A stretch of 32,000 nt of DNA from an uncultured bacterium. Its GTDB lineage: Bacteria; GCA-001730085. The position numbers and the translations under genes are program-made. Every line of letters begins with the position of its first letter. Positions within the stretch are counted from its first letter, which is position 1. Where the stretch lies: contig CAZMGY010000003.1 of NCBI GenBank assembly GCA_964565945.1, positions 43,680 to 75,679 on the forward strand, given 5' to 3'. The notes under the pieces were generated by a model. That model did not search any database. It was not told the origin of the DNA and saw only the letters and a program-made list of their open reading frames with translations. Below, piece by piece: positions 15,419-24,997 of this stretch.

Positions 15419-16438
15419 ATGATGAGTTCTAAAGTTTGTTTAGCGATGATAGGCCTGGGTTATTGGGGGCCTAATATTTTACGTAATTTTGGTCAGATTA
15501 AAAATGTTGAGGTTAAGTATATTTGCGACTTAAATGAGGTTAAGCTGAATGAATACGCAAAAAGATACCCAGAATCTCATAAAACACAACGCTATTCCGA
15601 TGTGCTTTATGACCCTGATGTGCAAGCGGTGGTGGTGGCCACGGCGGCGTCGTCTCATTTTGAGTTGGCTTCACAAGCGCTAAAGGCTGGCAAGCACGTG
15701 TTTGTCGAAAAACCACTTACCTTGGATTCAGCCGAAGCCGAACAATTGGTGATTTTGGCCCGAGAGCAGCAAAAGCAGTTAATGGTGGGGCACCTATTAA
15801 TGTATCACCCCGCTGTTGAGTACATGAAAAGCTATATGCAAAGTGAGGAGTTTGGTGATTTGTGTTACATATATACCACCCGTGTTAACTTGGGCAAGGT
15901 ACGCTCTGTCGAAAATGCCCTATGGTGTTTAGCCCCTCACGATATTTCGGTCATCTTGCATTTGACTGGAATGGTTCCCGAGCAAGTCTTTGCCCAGGGA
16001 GAGTCTTATTTGCGAAAAGGTGTGGAAGATGTGGTGTTTTGTTCGATGCGTTTTCCTAATCAAGTGATGGCTCATATGCATGTGAGTTGGTTGGATCCGC
16101 ATAAAATTCGCAAAATGACAGTGGTGGGCTCCAAGCGCATGTTGGTGTTTGATGACATGCAACCAGTTGAGAAAATCAAAATTTATGACAAAACCTTTGT
16201 GGCTCAGGCGGGATTTGATACTTACGATGAAGAGTATTTAACTATGTCCAATGGCGGTGTTTATATTCCTGAGTTGCGCCGAGATGAACCTTTGCGTTTG
16301 GAATGTGAACATTTTATTCAATCCATCACTCAGAATACTTCGCCTTTGAGTGATGGTCAAAACGGTTACGAAGTGCTAAAAGTTTTGGTGAATGCGCAAA
16401 AGTCGCTTAGCGCGACAATGCTTTCGAAAGAGGTTTGA
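15419..16438 (+). CDS. Gfo/Idh/MocA-family NAD-dependent sugar-nucleotide 3-oxidoreductase (WbpB/WlbA-like)
   Basis: N-terminal Rossmann motif IGLGYWGPN, then VFVEKPL. Its position upstream of the acetyltransferase, aminotransferase and 2-epimerase is the wlbABCD order. Confidence 0.85.
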   Translation: MMSSKVCLAMIGLGYWGPNILRNFGQIKNVEVKYICDLNEVKLNEYAKRYPESHKTQRYSDVLYDPDVQAVVVATAASSHFELASQALKAGKHVFVEKPLTLDSAEAEQLVILAREQQKQLMVGHLLMYHPAVEYMKSYMQSEEFGDLCYIYTTRVNLGKVRSVENALWCLAPHDISVILHLTGMVPEQVFAQGESYLRKGVEDVVFCSMRFPNQVMAHMHVSWLDPHKIRKMTVVGSKRMLVFDDMQPVEKIKIYDKTFVAQAGFDTYDEEYLTMSNGGVYIPELRRDEPLRLECEHFIQSITQNTSPLSDGQNGYEVLKVLVNAQKSLSATMLSKEV

Positions 16439-16441
16439 TTT

Positions 16442-17140
16442 ATGGTGCAACAGATTGCAGTAACAGCTGTGATAGATCCCAGTGTGGTCTTGCCTGAAAC
16501 GGTGACGATCAAAGACTATGCCGTGATTCATTCTGGTGTGGTTTTAGATGAGGCTGTGGTGATTTCGGAACATGCGGTAGTTGGTAAGTCCGTGCAGTTA
16601 TCTGGGGCATCTACAGTTGAACGACCTTCGGGGGAATTAATTACTATGATTGGTGCGGGCAGTACTGTTGGGGCCCAGAGCGTGATTGTGCAATCGGCTC
16701 GTATTGGCCGTGCTTGTGTGATTGCCGATATGGCATTTGTGCGAGAACGTGTGGAAATAGGTGACCGAGTAGTTGTTGGCCAGTTGGTCACGGTGGAGAA
16801 TGATACGCAGATTGGATCGGGTACCAAGATTCAGGCCAAAGCTTATGTGACGGCTTACTCCGAAGTAGGGCAAGACGTGTTTTTGGCTCCCTGCGTGGTG
16901 ACCACTAATGATAATTTTATGGGGCGAACCGAAAAACGTCACGCTCTTAAAAAGGGAGCTGTGATTAGGGATCGAGCTCGCATTGGTGGAGGTGCAGTTC
17001 TTTTACCAGGTATCGAAATAGGAGAAGAGGCGGTGGTGGGTGCGGGATCCGTGGTGACGCGTTCGGTGGAGGCTGGCCAAGTAGTTTGGGGGAATCCTGC
17101 TCGAGTTCAACGCAATGTGCCTAATGAGGAAAAGTTATAA
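16442..17140 (+). CDS. Left-handed beta-helix (hexapeptide-repeat) N-acetyltransferase (WbpD/WlbB-like)
   Basis: Multiple [LIV]-G-x4 hexapeptide repeats and a C-terminal VWGNPAR motif. Confidence 0.85.
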   Translation: MVQQIAVTAVIDPSVVLPETVTIKDYAVIHSGVVLDEAVVISEHAVVGKSVQLSGASTVERPSGELITMIGAGSTVGAQSVIVQSARIGRACVIADMAFVRERVEIGDRVVVGQLVTVENDTQIGSGTKIQAKAYVTAYSEVGQDVFLAPCVVTTNDNFMGRTEKRHALKKGAVIRDRARIGGGAVLLPGIEIGEEAVVGAGSVVTRSVEAGQVVWGNPARVQRNVPNEEKL

Positions 17141-18250
17141 ATGAAATTTTTTGATCCTAAACCAGAGTACGAAGCCTGTCGTGAAGCCATTGATCAAGCG
17201 ATGCGAGCTGTGATTGAACGAACCTCCTTTATTCATGGACCCGAGGTAGTGCAATTTGAAGAGTCCGTGGTTAATTATTTGAATTTTGTTCAGCAAGGTC
17301 ATGCGGTGGCGGTGTCTTCGGGAACCGACGCATTGGCCTTAGCGCTGGATGCGGCGAATATTGGGCGTAGTGATGAAGTGATCACCACGCCGTTCACCTT
17401 TATTGCCACTATCGAAACCATTGTACAAGTGGGAGCGACACCTGTTTTTGTCGATATTGACCCCGCAACATTTAATTTGGACTTGAAAGCTTGGGCATCG
17501 AAAATTACACCTGCCACGAAAGCGGTGGTTCCTGTGCATTTATTTGGTCAAGCGGTCAAGATGGATCAGCTGGTTAGAGAGGCCGAACAATACCAAATTT
17601 GTGTGATTGAGGATGCGGCTCAAGCGATGGGAGCTATGTGCCAGGGTCGTCAGGTTGGGACCTGGGGTGCTATGGGCTGTTTTAGTTTTTTCCCTAGCAA
17701 AAACTTGGGAGGTTTTGGTGATGCTGGTTTGGTGAGTTGCCAAAGCGAGGAACATGCGATCAAGGTGAAGGCCCTACGCGTTCATGGATCTTATGTGAAA
17801 TATGAGCATCATGATTGGGGTTATAATTCGCGGATGGACACTTTGCAGGCGGCTGTGTTAATAGAAAAACTTAAGCATTTGGACGTTTGGATTAAGCAGC
17901 GCCAAGCCAATGCGACTTATTATTTGGAGCAACTTGAAGGCTGTGGCGATCTTGTTTTGCCGCAAACGGCGGAATCTTGCACACACACCTACAATCAATT
18001 CTCGGTGCGAACGATGCGTCGCGATGCTTTGCACTCTTATTTGAAAGAGAAAGGTGTTCCCTCGATGATTTACTATCCCAAACCATTACATTTTCAACCT
18101 GTCATGAAGGCCATGGGATGTGGCGAAGGAGATTTTCCTGTGAGTGAACAGGTGTCGCACGAAATTTTATCTTTACCCATTTATCCGTATTTTACAAGGG
18201 ATGAACAGGAGAAGGTGATTCAGGCTATTCAAACTTTTTTTGAGGGCTAA
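17141..18250 (+). CDS. DegT/DnrJ/EryC1-family PLP-dependent sugar aminotransferase (WbpE/WlbC-like)
   Basis: Motifs SGTDALALAL, PFTFIAT, DAAQAMGA and the PLP-lysine motif FSFFPSKNLGGFGDAG. Confidence 0.9.
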   Translation: MKFFDPKPEYEACREAIDQAMRAVIERTSFIHGPEVVQFEESVVNYLNFVQQGHAVAVSSGTDALALALDAANIGRSDEVITTPFTFIATIETIVQVGATPVFVDIDPATFNLDLKAWASKITPATKAVVPVHLFGQAVKMDQLVREAEQYQICVIEDAAQAMGAMCQGRQVGTWGAMGCFSFFPSKNLGGFGDAGLVSCQSEEHAIKVKALRVHGSYVKYEHHDWGYNSRMDTLQAAVLIEKLKHLDVWIKQRQANATYYLEQLEGCGDLVLPQTAESCTHTYNQFSVRTMRRDALHSYLKEKGVPSMIYYPKPLHFQPVMKAMGCGEGDFPVSEQVSHEILSLPIYPYFTRDEQEKVIQAIQTFFEG

Positions 18251-19333
18251 GTGGTGCATAAGATTTTAACTGTGGTGGGTGCTCGACCTCAATTTGTGAA
18301 AGCTGGTGCGTTGTCTCCGACCTTGCGGCAACATTTCGAGGAATGCTTGGTACACACGGGGCAGCATTACGATGCACAAATGTCGGATGTTTTTTTTCAG
18401 GACCTCAATATTCCTGACCCTAATTATTCCCTAGGGATTGGTTCGGGATCGCATGCCACGCAAACAGCCGAGATGATGAAAGCTTTAGAAACGGTTATGC
18501 TCAGCGAGCAACCTCAGGCCGTGTTGGTCTATGGCGACACCAACTCCACTTTGGCGGCGGCTTTGGTGGCGGTTAAGTTGCATATCTCTTTGATTCATGT
18601 GGAGGCGGGTTTACGTTCGCACAATTTAGCGATGCCCGAAGAGGTAAACCGGGTGATGACCGATCATGTGGGGCAACTTTTGTGTGCCCCTACACGCGAA
18701 GCGATGAAGCATTTGCACAACGAAGGTTTAGCCGATAAGGCGTGCTTAACTGGAGATGTGATGTGTGCTGCCGTAGTTAAACTGGTTCAAGACGATCGCT
18801 TGCAATCGGATGTTGTGTCTCATTTGAATCTGTCCTCTAAACCTTACGCGGTGGTGACGTTGCATCGTGCCGACATGACAGCTCATCAAGAGAGGATGAG
18901 CCACATATTGAATGCTTTGCAGGCGTTTCCTGGTGAGTTAATTTTCCCTGTTCATCCACGCACAAAACGATGCTTGCAAGAGTGGGGTATGTGGGACGAT
19001 ATGCAAAGTCGAGATCAATGGTATTTGATTGAGCCATTGGGGTATTTTGATTTTTTGTGTTTGATGTATCGGAGTGATGTGATGATTACGGATTCGGGAG
19101 GGGTACAAAAAGAATCGGGTCTGCTAGGTGTTCCTACATTAACTCTGAGAGAAGAAACTGAATGGGTCGAAACGGTCGAAACGGGTTGGAATCAATTGAT
19201 AGGATATGCGCCAGATGTGTTGCAACGTGTTTTGGAGCAACCGTTACAAAAGCCTGATGTGAATTTGGCCTCGTATTACGGTGAAGGGAAAGCTTCAGAA
19301 AATATTGTCGAAGCAATAAGGAGTTTGCTATGA
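18251..19333 (+). CDS. Non-hydrolysing UDP-N-acetylglucosamine-type 2-epimerase family (WecB/WbpI/WlbD-like)
   Basis: GTG start. Motifs GARPQFVK, HTGQHYD, VYGDTNSTLA, HVEAGLRS and TDSGGVQKES. Confidence 0.9.
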   Translation: MVHKILTVVGARPQFVKAGALSPTLRQHFEECLVHTGQHYDAQMSDVFFQDLNIPDPNYSLGIGSGSHATQTAEMMKALETVMLSEQPQAVLVYGDTNSTLAAALVAVKLHISLIHVEAGLRSHNLAMPEEVNRVMTDHVGQLLCAPTREAMKHLHNEGLADKACLTGDVMCAAVVKLVQDDRLQSDVVSHLNLSSKPYAVVTLHRADMTAHQERMSHILNALQAFPGELIFPVHPRTKRCLQEWGMWDDMQSRDQWYLIEPLGYFDFLCLMYRSDVMITDSGGVQKESGLLGVPTLTLREETEWVETVETGWNQLIGYAPDVLQRVLEQPLQKPDVNLASYYGEGKASENIVEAIRSLL

Positions 19334-20298
19334 AGTTGAAAGCGTTGGTCACTGGAGTGGCGGGATTTGTTGGATCGCACATGGCTTACAAGTTGATGGA
19401 TGAAGGATTTGAAGTTGTGGGTATCGACAATTTGTCGCAGGGGTTTGAGCGCAACATTTCCCCTTTGAAGAAACTTGAGGGATTTTCGTTTCATCAAGTG
19501 GATGTTCGAGACTTGGATGGACTGCACAAAGTTAGTGAGGGTATTTCTCATATCGTTCATTTGGCTGCCTACAAAATTCCTCGCTATGGTGGAGCTTTAG
19601 ATACCTTGCATATTAACACGAAAGGAACCGAAAATTGTTTGGAATTGGCGTGTCAGAAAGAAGGCGTCAAAGTTTTGTTTTCGTCCACTTCGGATATCTA
19701 TGGTAAAAACCCAGACCTTCCCTTTAATGAAGAATCGTCTTCGGTGGTGGGTTCTCCCAAAGTGAAGCGTTGGAGCTATGCTATTTCTAAAATGTTTGAT
19801 GAACAATTATGTTTTGCTTACCATGAAGCCTATGACATTCCCATCTCTGTGGTTCGCTATTTCGGGGGTTATGGCCCTCATCAAAATCCAAGCTGGTGGG
19901 GTGGACCTCAAGCGGCCTTTATGGCGGCTATTTTGGAAGGGAAAACCATAGAAATTCATGGCGATGGTTTGCAAACGCGAAGCTTCACTTATATCGACGA
20001 TATGGTTCAAGGTACGTATTTGGCTTTGGTGCATGACAATTCGCACAATAATGTTTTTAATATTGGCGATTGTCGTGAGATAACTATTTTGGATTTAGCT
20101 CAAAAAGTTTGGGAGGTCGCAGGTCAATCGGGCGATGTCCCTGTTGATATGATCCCTTATGAAAACTTTGGGCGCTATGAAGATGTGCGGCGTCGTGTGC
20201 CAGATATTGCTAAGGCGCAATCTCAACTGGGTTTCCAGCCACAGATGTCGCTAGAAAAAGGTTTAAAGATAACCTTTGAGTGGCAACGCCAGTTATGA
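19330..20298 (+). CDS. Extended-SDR NAD-dependent nucleotide-sugar epimerase/dehydratase
   Basis: TGVAGFVGSH Rossmann motif, catalytic YAISK (YxxxK), about 320 aa. It overlaps the upstream gene by 4 nt. Confidence 0.9.
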   Translation: MKLKALVTGVAGFVGSHMAYKLMDEGFEVVGIDNLSQGFERNISPLKKLEGFSFHQVDVRDLDGLHKVSEGISHIVHLAAYKIPRYGGALDTLHINTKGTENCLELACQKEGVKVLFSSTSDIYGKNPDLPFNEESSSVVGSPKVKRWSYAISKMFDEQLCFAYHEAYDIPISVVRYFGGYGPHQNPSWWGGPQAAFMAAILEGKTIEIHGDGLQTRSFTYIDDMVQGTYLALVHDNSHNNVFNIGDCREITILDLAQKVWEVAGQSGDVPVDMIPYENFGRYEDVRRRVPDIAKAQSQLGFQPQMSLEKGLKITFEWQRQL

Positions 20299-21338
20299 GT
20301 TTAACGCGTTGTCTGCAAGATAGGCCTCGGCCTAAGGGTATTCTTGTTGTTAAGTTGAGTGCAATTGGGGACGTGGTGCAAAGCTTGCCTGCGTTGTACG
20401 CGCTTAAACAACAGTGGCCCGATGCTACCATTGATTGGTTAGTTGAAGATAAGGCCCAGCAAGTTCTTGAAGGACATCCCGATATCGATCGTTTGATTGT
20501 GTTTAAGCGTTGCGAGAAAAATCTGTGGTCTTTGTTGTGTCAGCTAAGAGAGACTTCTTATGATTGGGCGATTGATTTACAAGGAACGTACAAAAGTGCT
20601 GGATTTATGCGAATGGCTCGTGCCCAATGGAAAATTGGTTACGACCAGAATCGTGAGCCCTGTCAATTTTTATACAATGCGCACGCTAAACTTAAGACAC
20701 AGGATCAATTGCCTGTTGTGCGTAATTTGGATATTTTAAAGCAGCTTGGTGCCGAGGTAAACTCGGTACAGTACCATTTCCCTTTGGGGCAAGAGGATTT
20801 TGATTGTGTTGCACGCATCGTGCAAGTGCATCAAGTGGGAGCCGCGTATGCCGTGTTGAGTGCTGTGACGAGCTGGCTGACGAAGTGTTGGGGTCGTGAA
20901 AAGTTTCGACAATTCTTGCAAAAGTTGCCCGAACATTACCGTGGTACAATTTTTGTGGTCGGAGGCGCTCAAGACAAAGAGGTTCACGCCAAACTGTGTG
21001 ACGGTTTGGATCATGTGGTCGATTTAACTGGAACCTTGAATTTAAAGCAATCAGCGGCGCTGATGCAAGATGCTGATTTTATGGTGTCGGGAGATACGGG
21101 GCCGTTGCATTTAGCCGTTGCGGTGGGTTGCCCTGTGTTTGGTATCTATGGCTCCACAAATCCTAAGCGTACTGGGCCTTTTCAAGAGGAGGCTTGTGTT
21201 GTGCAAGGGAAGCTGGATTGTCAGCCTTGCTACAAAAATGAGTGTCCTTTAGGGCATCATCGTTGTATGGAAGATTTGTCTGTGGACTATGTGTTAGAAC
21301 AATTTATTGATTTTTGGAAGCAAAGGAGAGAGTTATGA
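20295..21338 (+). CDS. Glycosyltransferase family 9 (heptosyltransferase-like)
   Basis: ILVVKLSAIGDVVQSLPAL near the N-terminus and SGDTGPLHLAVAVGCPV near the C-terminus are GT9 hallmarks. ATG 20295 overlaps the upstream TGA (ATGA). The ORF-track start at 20280 is less likely. Confidence 0.8.
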   Translation: MSLTRCLQDRPRPKGILVVKLSAIGDVVQSLPALYALKQQWPDATIDWLVEDKAQQVLEGHPDIDRLIVFKRCEKNLWSLLCQLRETSYDWAIDLQGTYKSAGFMRMARAQWKIGYDQNREPCQFLYNAHAKLKTQDQLPVVRNLDILKQLGAEVNSVQYHFPLGQEDFDCVARIVQVHQVGAAYAVLSAVTSWLTKCWGREKFRQFLQKLPEHYRGTIFVVGGAQDKEVHAKLCDGLDHVVDLTGTLNLKQSAALMQDADFMVSGDTGPLHLAVAVGCPVFGIYGSTNPKRTGPFQEEACVVQGKLDCQPCYKNECPLGHHRCMEDLSVDYVLEQFIDFWKQRREL

Positions 21339-22114
21339 TTAAATTAGAGCGTCCTTTAGTAGTTTTTGATGTAGAAACGACTGGAACGAGTCCTGCGCAG
21401 GATCGGATTGTTCAGTTAGCGGCTATTAAAATTCATCCCGATGGTAAGGAAGAAGAATTCGAATGGATGGTGAATCCTGAATGTTCGATTCCCGAAGATG
21501 CTCGAGCTTTGCACGGGATCACCAATGAAGATGTGATGTTTGCATCTCCTTTCAAAGAATTGGCCTATGAGGTTTTAAGTATTTTTAAAGGCTGTGATCT
21601 TTCGGGTTACAACGCAACTAAATTTGATGTTCCCTTGCTTGCCAACGAATTTAAACGCGCAGGTATGGTGTTTCCTCTGGAAGGGATTGTGATTGTGGAT
21701 TCTTATGTGATTTATCGTACCTTTGAACCCCATACTTTAAGTAAAGCCTATGAACATTATTGCCATAAAACTTTAGAAAATGCCCACTCGGCGTTGGCCG
21801 ATACGCGTGCCGCCTGGGAAGTTTTGAAAGCACAGGCACAATATTATGAGCAATTGCCTAATCAAGTGAATGAAATTGTGAGCTATTGCAGTGAACAGCG
21901 CCGAGGTAATTCTTTCGATGATGATGCTCGTTTGAGTTGGGTGCAGTCGGAGCTAGCAATCAATTTTGGAAAATACAAAGGCAGCACTTTGCGTCACTTG
22001 GTTAATGCCGATCCTGGTTATCTGGAATGGATCATGAGCCAAGACTTTTCGGATCAAGTGAAAAATGCTATTCGTGAAGCGCTCAAAGGAAAGTTTCTTC
22101 AAAAGCAATCTTAA
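21335..22114 (+). CDS. DEDDh 3'-5' exonuclease (DnaQ/ExoX-like) with an ExoX-like C-terminal domain
   Basis: ExoI motif VVFDVETTG, ExoII GYNATKFDVPLL, ExoIII HSALADTRA. The C-terminal part reads FGKYKGSTLRHLVNADPGYLEWIM. ATG 21335 overlaps the GT9 stop (ATGA). Confidence 0.85.
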   Translation: MIKLERPLVVFDVETTGTSPAQDRIVQLAAIKIHPDGKEEEFEWMVNPECSIPEDARALHGITNEDVMFASPFKELAYEVLSIFKGCDLSGYNATKFDVPLLANEFKRAGMVFPLEGIVIVDSYVIYRTFEPHTLSKAYEHYCHKTLENAHSALADTRAAWEVLKAQAQYYEQLPNQVNEIVSYCSEQRRGNSFDDDARLSWVQSELAINFGKYKGSTLRHLVNADPGYLEWIMSQDFSDQVKNAIREALKGKFLQKQS

Positions 22115-22120
22115 GTGTGT

Positions 22121-23221
22121 TTACGAACGTTGAATCTTGAAGAAAAAGTAGAGGCCGAGTACCCCGATGATTATATTGGGTAACCACATGGCTAAAATGG
22201 GATTCAGGGTGCCTTCGTTGGCGAGTGTTTTTCCAATACTAAACAGAAGGTAGTAGATGGTGGCTAGAGTCAAAGTGAGTCCGATGCCAGACGAGCGATC
22301 GCCACGTTTGAAGCGAATGGCCAAAGGAATGCCAATCAGTGCAAAAATAAAGCTGGCCAGTGAAAAGGAAAATTTTCGCTGAAATTCAGCACGATGACGA
22401 TTGGTTGATAAGCCTTTTTCTTCAAGCTGTTTCATTTCCTCTTTGATTTCTTTCAGACTCATTTCTTTCAGACGTTTGTACTTCAATTTGATCTTTCGGC
22501 TGGCTTGATCCAGTTCGAGAATAATGGGAAAGGATTTGAAGTGCATTTTGTAAAAATTTTGGGTGTTGTTGGGGTTGGGCATCTCGGCGGTTCCGTTCAC
22601 CAGGTGCAAGATGAGCCCGTCTTTACTTTCGGGAATTTCGAACAGGCCCTCTTCGGCTATAATGGTGCGAATGGTGTTATTTTCTAAAGATTCATAGATG
22701 ATGATTTGCTTGAGTTTTTTGCCATCAATCTCTTTGATATGGAAGATGTAGCGGTTAAAGGCGGCAATGAAGCGCCCTGGTTCGAGAAGGGCTTCGGGTT
22801 TTTTATAGCCCAGGTCCAGCAAGACCATTCGCATTTTGTAGTGGGCTTTGGCCACAATAGGCATGTTGATAAACATGGAGAAGAGACTAATTCCGAGAGA
22901 AAAGAGGAGAACGGGGTACACGATGCGGTACAGGCTGATGCCGCTGGCGTTAAGCGCGACAATTTCATTATCTTGAGATAGCCTACCAAAAGCGATAGTG
23001 ACCGCTGCCAATAACGATATGGGCAAGGTGTAAGAGAGGAGGTAAGGAGTTAAATAAAGGAAGAGTTCAAGAATAGTAAAAAAATTCACACCTTTGTTGA
23101 TGATCAGATCGGATAATTTAAGAAAGTTACCGCTAAGTAAGGAAAAAGTAAACACTGTAAGTGATAGCAGAAGAGGAGTAAATGTCTCTTTTAAGATGTA
23201 ACGAGTGATAATTTTTAGCAT
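22121..23221 (-). CDS. LPS export ABC permease, LptF/LptG (YjgP/YjgQ) family
   Basis: 366 aa. Family-typical N-terminus (RYILKETFTPLLLSLTVFTF), about 6 TM segments and a large periplasmic loop between TM3 and TM4. It sits next to lpxK. Confidence 0.85.
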   Translation of the reverse strand: MLKIITRYILKETFTPLLLSLTVFTFSLLSGNFLKLSDLIINKGVNFFTILELFLYLTPYLLSYTLPISLLAAVTIAFGRLSQDNEIVALNASGISLYRIVYPVLLFSLGISLFSMFINMPIVAKAHYKMRMVLLDLGYKKPEALLEPGRFIAAFNRYIFHIKEIDGKKLKQIIIYESLENNTIRTIIAEEGLFEIPESKDGLILHLVNGTAEMPNPNNTQNFYKMHFKSFPIILELDQASRKIKLKYKRLKEMSLKEIKEEMKQLEEKGLSTNRHRAEFQRKFSFSLASFIFALIGIPLAIRFKRGDRSSGIGLTLTLATIYYLLFSIGKTLANEGTLNPILAMWLPNIIIGVLGLYFFFKIQRS

Positions 23222-23238
23222 AGCGCACTCATTGTAGC

Positions 23239-24270
23239 ATGCCCTTAATTTACGCTATAATGATGTTTATGAAAATGTTTTTGTATATGACGGCGTGGCC
23301 TTTAAGAGTTGTCTTGTCGTGGGTCTTTGCGGGTGTTGTTTGTCTGCGTAATAAGTCTTTTGACTTTGGTTTACGTGTGCGGAGTGTGTCTTGTCAGGTT
23401 GTGTCGATTGGAAACCTAAGTGTTGGAGGAACAGGTAAAACGTCTTTGGTGATAACGTATGTTCACAGGCTGCAAGAGCAAGGTTTGAAAGTAGCGGTTT
23501 TGAGTCGTGGTTACAAAGGCGTCCAGACAGAAGAACTGCTATGTGTGAGTGATGGTTCACAGATGTTGATGAGTGTCGCACAAGCTGGAGATGAGGCTTT
23601 TATGTTAGCGCAAACCCTGCCAGGCGTGTCTGTTTATGTAAATGCTTCTCGTTATAAGAGTGCACTACGAGCTATTGAGGAACATCAAGTGGATGTGTGT
23701 GTCTTGGATGATGGTTTTCAGCATCGTTTTTTGCATCGCGATAAGGACATTGTGTTGTGGCATGCGCTAGATAAGCTTAATACGCAACATGTGATGCCTT
23801 GGGGACGCCTGCGAGAGCCCTTATCTTCCCTAAAGCGAGCCGATCTTGTAATAGTGAGCAAAGCGCAACTTATTAATTCCTCGCAGAGAGAAGAGCTTGT
23901 GAGGTCGTTGTCGGCTTTCAATGCGAACATCGAAGTTGTTTGTGATGAACCTCGACATTGGGTGATTCATCCGAGTGGGAAGCAGGTGCCTCTTCGGGAT
24001 TTTAAAGGGAAATCTTGTGTTGTCTTCTGTGCTTTAGGTCGTCCCGAAGGGTTTATGCGGATGGTGCAAGGACTAGGGCTTGTGGTGCAAAAACAACGCA
24101 TTTTTCTGGACCACTATGCCTACACCCAAGCGGATGAAGCGGATCTGACAAAGTTGCAACATGAATTTGGGGCGGACTATTTGATTTGTACCGAAAAAGA
24201 TCGTGTGAAATTGTCTTCTGACTTTGTCTGTTCTGTGTTGAAAATTGGGATGAACGCCCCTTCGATGTGA
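23239..24270 (+). CDS. lpxK: Tetraacyldisaccharide 4'-kinase
   Basis: P-loop GNLSVGGTGKT preceded by the hydrophobic N-terminal helix, then VLSRGY and LDDGFQH. The true start may be one of the Met codons at 23260-23290. Confidence 0.88.
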   Translation: MPLIYAIMMFMKMFLYMTAWPLRVVLSWVFAGVVCLRNKSFDFGLRVRSVSCQVVSIGNLSVGGTGKTSLVITYVHRLQEQGLKVAVLSRGYKGVQTEELLCVSDGSQMLMSVAQAGDEAFMLAQTLPGVSVYVNASRYKSALRAIEEHQVDVCVLDDGFQHRFLHRDKDIVLWHALDKLNTQHVMPWGRLREPLSSLKRADLVIVSKAQLINSSQREELVRSLSAFNANIEVVCDEPRHWVIHPSGKQVPLRDFKGKSCVVFCALGRPEGFMRMVQGLGLVVQKQRIFLDHYAYTQADEADLTKLQHEFGADYLICTEKDRVKLSSDFVCSVLKIGMNAPSM

Positions 24271-24324
24271 CACTGGTCCCCTAAAAAGACCTTTGTTTTC
24301 GTACTCAGCAAAATCTGCAAAAAG

Positions 24325-24333
24325 TGATATACT
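24325..24333 (+). promoter_or_regulatory. Possible extended -10 element (TGATATACT) for the sugar-transferase operon
   Basis: TG-N-TATACT lies 31 nt upstream of GTG 24364. A strong AAGGAG SD is at 24351-24356. The -35 is poor. Confidence 0.3.
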
Positions 24334-24363
24334 GTATGTCCTCGTAAATTTAAGGAGATTAAA

Positions 24364-24993
24364 GTGGGATTGATTTGTATTCAAGCGATTCAAAACTGTT
24401 ATGAGTCACCTTGGCGGCGCTTGTTTGATGGATTTTTGGCCTTCTGTGGTTTGGTTGTGCTCAGTCCGTTGGCGTTGGCCATTGCTCTTGCAATCAAGCT
24501 AGAAGATCGTGGGCCTATATTTTACGCCCAAGAAAGAGTTGGGCGAGGAGGGCGTGTGTTTAAATTGTTCAAGTTTCGTTCGATGGTGACCGATGCGGAA
24601 TCCCAAACAGGTCCTGTTTTGTCCTCAACGCGAGACAATAGGATAACTCGGGTGGGGGCTTTTTTGCGTGCGACAGCTTTGGATGAGTTGTCGCAGTTAT
24701 GGAATATTTTCAAAGGTGATATGAGTTTTGTGGGGCCCCGATCTGAACGACCGTTTTTTGTTGAGAAGTTCAGCAAAGATATACCAGGCTATTGTTTGCG
24801 TCATCAAGTTCGCCCAGGCTTAACGGGTATTGCACAAATTTTTGGTCGTTACAACACGACAGCCAGGGATAAGTTGCGTTACGACATGATCACAGTAAGT
24901 CATCCTAAAATATTGTTTGAACTTTATTTAATCGCGGTTTCTTTTAAAATTACCTTTACAGGTAAATGGACAAGTATGGAAAAGGATCGGTAG
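24364..24993 (+). CDS. Small monotopic polyprenyl-phosphate phosphoglycosyl transferase (bacterial sugar transferase family, PglC/WbaP C-terminal type)
   Basis: One N-terminal reentrant helix, then FKFRSM, ALDELSQLWN, GDMSFVGPR and PGLTG motifs. GTG start with a good SD. Confidence 0.88.
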   Translation: MGLICIQAIQNCYESPWRRLFDGFLAFCGLVVLSPLALAIALAIKLEDRGPIFYAQERVGRGGRVFKLFKFRSMVTDAESQTGPVLSSTRDNRITRVGAFLRATALDELSQLWNIFKGDMSFVGPRSERPFFVEKFSKDIPGYCLRHQVRPGLTGIAQIFGRYNTTARDKLRYDMITVSHPKILFELYLIAVSFKITFTGKWTSMEKDR

Positions 24994-24997
24994 GACG

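Noticed and set aside
19166-19183. Tandem 9-bp duplication GTCGAAACG x2 in the 2-epimerase gene.
   Set aside because: It encodes VETVET within TEWVETVETGWN, which has the same length as the conserved TERPETVEAGTN segment of this family as I recall it. It is therefore not an insertion or a microsatellite.
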